A stretch of 30,446 bases of DNA from the NCBI GenBank assembly GCA_038215615.1, contig JBBQQR010000024.1, positions 1 to 30,446 on the forward strand. Reading direction: 5' to 3'. The position numbers and the translations under genes were made by a program. Below, one piece after another: positions 27,170 to 30,446 of the stretch (within the stretch, counting starts at the first letter, position 1; every line of letters begins with the position of its first letter). A model generated the notes under the pieces. It did not search any database. It was not told where the DNA came from and saw only the letters and a list, made by a program, of their open reading frames with translations. This DNA is from Vulcanimicrobiales bacterium (GTDB lineage: Bacteria; Vulcanimicrobiota; Vulcanimicrobiia; Vulcanimicrobiales; Vulcanimicrobiaceae).

Positions 27170-27454
27170 ATGTCGACCGTCCTGAAAACTGTCCAGGCTA
27201 AGGAGGCCCGCGCTAACCTGAGCGAGCTCTTAGACCGCGTCGCGGAAGGCGAAAGCCGGCTCATCATTCGTAATTCAAAACCGGCGGCGGCGCTGGTGCC
27301 GCCGGAGCAAGCGCGTTGGCTTGCATACCTGGGGGAAATTCTGGCGGAATTTGCCGAGTCGGTGGAGATGTCCGAGGATAAAGATCTTGTCGCTCAAGTG
27401 AAATCCGCGAACCAAGAAGTAGCCGAAGGAAAAGTTGTTTGGTATGAGAGCTAA
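27170..27454 (+). CDS. Type II antitoxin, Phd/YefM family
   Basis: SD GGAGG before ATG 27170; VQAKEARANLSELLDRV...IIRNSKPAAALV; acidic C-terminus. Confidence 0.9.
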   Translation: MSTVLKTVQAKEARANLSELLDRVAEGESRLIIRNSKPAAALVPPEQARWLAYLGEILAEFAESVEMSEDKDLVAQVKSANQEVAEGKVVWYES

Positions 27455-27858
27455 TGGCTCGGATTGGCTTTGCGGCTTCGGCGCACAAACAATTCCAAAC
27501 CTTGCCGGAGCGAGCGCAGGCCGGGCTGATGCGCAAACTCAAAGACGTCGCAGAAGCCCCGAACCTAGCGAAGCCGCTGACCGGAGAGCTCGCGGGGTTT
27601 TATCGCATTACGTACGGCAGGCTTCGTTGCATCGTTCGGCTGACGGCGGCCGTGGCCGTGGTGCTGGTTGTGAGCGTGTCGCCGCGCAAGGAAGGCGCGC
27701 GCGATGATGCCTACCGGCGCGCCGTAGACGCACTACGCACCGATCCTTCGGTAGAGGGACTCTTCGCCGATCACGTGCGCGCCTACATGGAGGAGCAGCG
27801 TCTGGGTGCGCTTCGGCGTCAGCGCAAGAAGAGTGCACGCGATCGCGCCGCGAAGTAG
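27454..27858 (+). CDS. Type II toxin, RelE/ParE family, with C-terminal extension
   Basis: TAATG coupling to the antitoxin; AHKQFQTL, KPLTGELAGFYRITYGRLRCI and VVSVSPR motifs. Confidence 0.85.
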   Translation: MARIGFAASAHKQFQTLPERAQAGLMRKLKDVAEAPNLAKPLTGELAGFYRITYGRLRCIVRLTAAVAVVLVVSVSPRKEGARDDAYRRAVDALRTDPSVEGLFADHVRAYMEEQRLGALRRQRKKSARDRAAK

Positions 27859-27864
27859 GCCCCG

Positions 27865-29298
27865 ATGGTAAACCGGCGCGAGTTTCTGAAGGGCGTTGCG
27901 GGCGCGGCGGCGCTGGGCGCAGCCGGAGTGGAGCTGCTGGCGGCGGCGCGCCGGCTGCCGTGGGAGGCGCTTGCGCACCGGCTTTCGGGCAGAGTCGTGC
28001 TTCCCGGCGATCGTGGATATAGCGAATTCGCGCTTCCGAACAATCTGCGGTATTCTGCACTGCGTCCGGCGGGGATCGCAATGTGCAAGACCGCGCGAGA
28101 CGTCAGCGCGTCGGTCGTGTGGGCGCGCGAGAATGGCGTGCCGCTGGTGGCGCGTTCCGGCGGCCATTCATATGCGGGCTATTCGACGACGAGCGGGTTG
28201 ATGATCGACCTGCGCGCGATGAACGGTGTGTCGCTGGATACGAGCACCGGTGTCGCGACCGTCGGCGGCGGCGCTCGCAACGGCAACGTGTACGACTACT
28301 TCGCCGATAAGAGTGTCGCCATCACGCACGGACGCTGCCCGAGCGTCGGCGTGGCGGGGTTGGCGCTAGGCGGCGGCATCGGCTTCAACATGCGCGCACA
28401 CGGGCTGACTTGCGATCACATGACGGCAAGCGAAATCGTTTTGGCCGACGGATCGATTCGAACGCTGCGCGGCGACGACGATCTCTTCTGGGCATGCCGC
28501 GGTGCGGGCGGCGGAAACTTTGGAATCAACACGTCATTCGCGTTCCAAACTTTCGACGTCGGTACGATCACGGTCTGCGATCTCACGTGGGACGAGCAGC
28601 CCGAACGCGTTTTCGCAACGCTTGTCGAGTCGCTCGAACGTGCCCCGCGGACCTTCGGTTCGAAAGTTTCCGCCAGAGCGCCGACCAAAACATCAGGCAT
28701 AAACGTTCAGCTGCTCGGGCAATTCGCCGGTACGCCCGCCGGCCTGCACGAATTGCTTGCCGGCGCGTACGCGATTGCGAAACCCAAAGGCGTGGTCACC
28801 ATGGAACGCTACTGGAAAGCGCAAACAGTGCTCGCGGAGCCCGGGCAAGCGGCCTACTTCCAAGAACGCTCGCGGTTTTTTAACGAGGCGATCGATCACC
28901 GGACGGTCGGCGTGGTGTTCGATTGGCTGCGCAGATACCCGAAGACCGCCACGTCGTCGGAGTTCAAAGTCTTTCAAACCGGCGACCGCGTGAACGAGAA
29001 GAAGCCGGGCGAGACGGCGTTCGTGCACCGGGAGAGCCGGTGGCTCAGCTCCATTGACTTGTATTGGGAACGTGATATGCCGAGCGAGACGCTGCGGCGC
29101 AACCTGGAGTGGCAAAGCGCCTTCTATGAAGCGATCGTTCCGCTTGCCGGAGGCGGCGCGTACCAAAACTTCATCGATCCATCACTGCGCGATTGGAAGG
29201 CCGCCTATCACGGCGCAAATCTCGCACGGCTGGAAGCCATCAAGAAGCGCGTCGATCCGGCCGGGGTGTTTACGTTCCGCGAAGCAATTCCGGGCTAA
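27865..29298 (+). CDS. Tat-exported FAD-linked oxidase, berberine bridge enzyme-like
   Basis: Twin-arginine NRREFLK; ARSGGHSY, GRCPSVGVAGLALGGG, DLFWACRGAGGGNFG, AYQNF and RLEAIKKRVDPAGVF motifs. Confidence 0.93.
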   Translation: MVNRREFLKGVAGAAALGAAGVELLAAARRLPWEALAHRLSGRVVLPGDRGYSEFALPNNLRYSALRPAGIAMCKTARDVSASVVWARENGVPLVARSGGHSYAGYSTTSGLMIDLRAMNGVSLDTSTGVATVGGGARNGNVYDYFADKSVAITHGRCPSVGVAGLALGGGIGFNMRAHGLTCDHMTASEIVLADGSIRTLRGDDDLFWACRGAGGGNFGINTSFAFQTFDVGTITVCDLTWDEQPERVFATLVESLERAPRTFGSKVSARAPTKTSGINVQLLGQFAGTPAGLHELLAGAYAIAKPKGVVTMERYWKAQTVLAEPGQAAYFQERSRFFNEAIDHRTVGVVFDWLRRYPKTATSSEFKVFQTGDRVNEKKPGETAFVHRESRWLSSIDLYWERDMPSETLRRNLEWQSAFYEAIVPLAGGGAYQNFIDPSLRDWKAAYHGANLARLEAIKKRVDPAGVFTFREAIPG

Positions 29299-29306
29299 GG
29301 CGTTTT

Positions 29307-29522
29307 ATGGATCCACGTGATCCAATGTTTCCGCTATTTCTTTCACGGATGGACGGCTGCTCCGGAAAGAAGCGTTATCCGCACTCGGCCGCCGCACAAC
29401 GCGCAGCCGAAACGCAAATGCAGCATGCGAACGATCGGGGCAAGAACCTGCGCCTTCGCGTTTACAAATGTGACAGCTCAGCGTGTGGCGGCTGGCATTT
29501 AACGTCCCGAAGCGGACCATAG
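29307..29522 (+). CDS. Small basic Cys/His protein, putative zinc binder (start uncertain: 29307, 29325 or 29349)
   Basis: CSGKKRY...LRVYKCDSSACGGWHLTS gives a C...C-x4-C-x3-H ligand set. Confidence 0.6.
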   Translation: MDPRDPMFPLFLSRMDGCSGKKRYPHSAAAQRAAETQMQHANDRGKNLRLRVYKCDSSACGGWHLTSRSGP

Positions 29523-29553
29523 GGCACATCCATTAGGATGTCGCGATCTAATG

Positions 29554-29582
29554 TTGACACAGGCCCATAAATATGGGAAAAT
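29554..29582 (+). promoter_or_regulatory. Putative promoter with palindromic operator for the second TA pair
   Basis: TTGACA (29554-29559), 17 bp, GAAAAT (29577-29582) preceded by TGn; perfect inverted repeat CCCATA-AA-TATGGG (29564-29577) in the spacer. Confidence 0.65.
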
Positions 29583-29586
29583 TGCC

Positions 29587-29956
29587 ATAGGACCCGCGAC
29601 CAACCATCAGAGGCCTATCGCCTGGGTGGGCTCCTCGAAAAAAGAGCTTAAAGCCATGCCGGTGGAGGTTCAAGACGACATTGGCTACGCGTTTGGATCT
29701 GGCTCAGCACAACGAGCAAGCCAACTACGCGAGGCAAATGAAAGGTGATCTTCGAGACGTGATTGAGATCCGCGCGGACAACGAAATTGGCGACAGCACG
29801 TTTCGCGCGATGTACACCGTTAAACTAGGGGAAGTGGTCTACGTGCTTCATGCGTTCCAGAAGAAATCAAAGAAAGGACATGAAACGCCAAGGCGCGATC
29901 TCGATCTCATTCGCCTTCGCTTAAGAGAGGCTCGAAAGCATTATGAACAAGAATAA
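29587..29956 (+). pseudogene. Frameshifted RelE/HigB-like toxin (Gp49/DUF891 type)
   Basis: One frame gives RPIAWVGSSKKELKAMPVEVQDDIGYA; the next gives LDLAQ...FRAMYTVKLGEVVYVLHAFQKKS. Removing one T at 29692-29694 joins them as IGYALDLAQ. Start uncertain. Confidence 0.8.
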
Positions 29957-30281
29957 CAAGGCGCATATTGAGATTGGCACCGGCAACGTCTATGCGCAGC
30001 TGGGATTACCAAACCCTGAGGAGCGGTTGCGCAAGGCTCGGCTCATGAACGTCATCAATGACGTGATTAAACGCAGGCAACTTTCTCAGAAGGATGTCGC
30101 CAACCTGACGGGTCTTGACCAAGCCGATATCTCGAGGATTGCCCATGGGCGGGGTTCACGGTATTCGACCGATCGATTAATGAATATTCTGGCGAAACTT
30201 GGCGCCGATGTTGAAATCGTGCAGCGCCATGACCAAGCCGGCGAAATCCTGATAGAGGTGCGCGAGCTTTTACACGCTTAG
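29943..30281 (+). CDS. XRE-family HTH antitoxin (HigA-like)
   Basis: GTGNVYAQLGL...KARL...LSQKDVANLTGLDQADISRI...YSTDRLMNILAKLGADVEI; overlaps the toxin 3' end. Confidence 0.9.
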   Translation: MNKNNKAHIEIGTGNVYAQLGLPNPEERLRKARLMNVINDVIKRRQLSQKDVANLTGLDQADISRIAHGRGSRYSTDRLMNILAKLGADVEIVQRHDQAGEILIEVRELLHA

Positions 30282-30287
30282 GCGCAG

Positions 30288-30446
30288 CTATTGCGTGGTG
30301 AACGAGCCGGCGGAGGTCGGCGTACAGCCGCCCAGCGTGTCGTTTAGGAACACATAATACGTGGCGTGCGGGAATGTCGCGCTGGTGGAAGCGCTTTCGT
30401 AGAGCGGGTTTGAGATGTTGGGCGTCGCGGAGGGCGATGGAACTTG
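30288..30446 (-). CDS. C-terminus of a Pro/Ser/Thr-rich hypothetical protein entering from the right edge
   Basis: Open frame QVPSPSATPNISNPLYESASTSATFPHATYYVFLNDTLGGCTPTSAGSFTTQ* with stop at 30288-30290. Confidence 0.6.
   Translation of the reverse strand, partial: QVPSPSATPNISNPLYESASTSATFPHATYYVFLNDTLGGCTPTSAGSFTTQ

Noticed and set aside
29551..29956. Two independent small genes (65 aa and 91 aa), or a programmed frameshift
   Set aside because: They are halves of one Gp49-type toxin. No recognisable slippery heptamer at the junction, so programmed shifting is unsupported.
27050..30290. Prophage or integrative element
   Set aside because: No integrase, transposase, att-like direct repeats, tRNA or phage structural genes are visible.

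Overview
GC-rich bacterial chromosomal window, densely coding. I saw no rRNA, tRNA, CRISPR array or transposase/integrase. Left to right: a secreted serpin running off the left edge (absent from the ORF track); a divergent 741-aa lipoprotein with a GH-A-like C-terminal domain; leucyl aminopeptidase pepA; purM followed by a GNAT-PurN fusion; a small coiled-coil protein; an aldo/keto reductase; and an arginine biosynthesis cluster (argB divergent from argF-argR-argG-argH-argC-argJ-argD) with ARG-box-like sites. Next come an FkbM methyltransferase and an ICL/PEP-mutase-family gene whose likely start codons overlap in one CCATGG palindrome, an orphan family-5 ABC binding lipoprotein, tsaD, a multi-TM GAF sensor without an output domain, a small lipoprotein, an unannotated 58-aa membrane protein, a large Asp-box/VPS10-type propeller protein and a PhnB-like VOC protein. 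The right end is accessory: a Phd/YefM-RelE pair, a Tat-exported BBE-like flavo-oxidase, a small Cys/His protein and a Gp49-type toxin (frameshifted) with an XRE antitoxin. Best leads are the GNAT-PurN fusion, the zero-spacer divergent/interleaved gene block, a REP-like motif embedded in three protein termini, and the two TA loci with readable operators. The protein style suggests Eremiobacterota/Vulcanimicrobiota, but that is an unverified impression.
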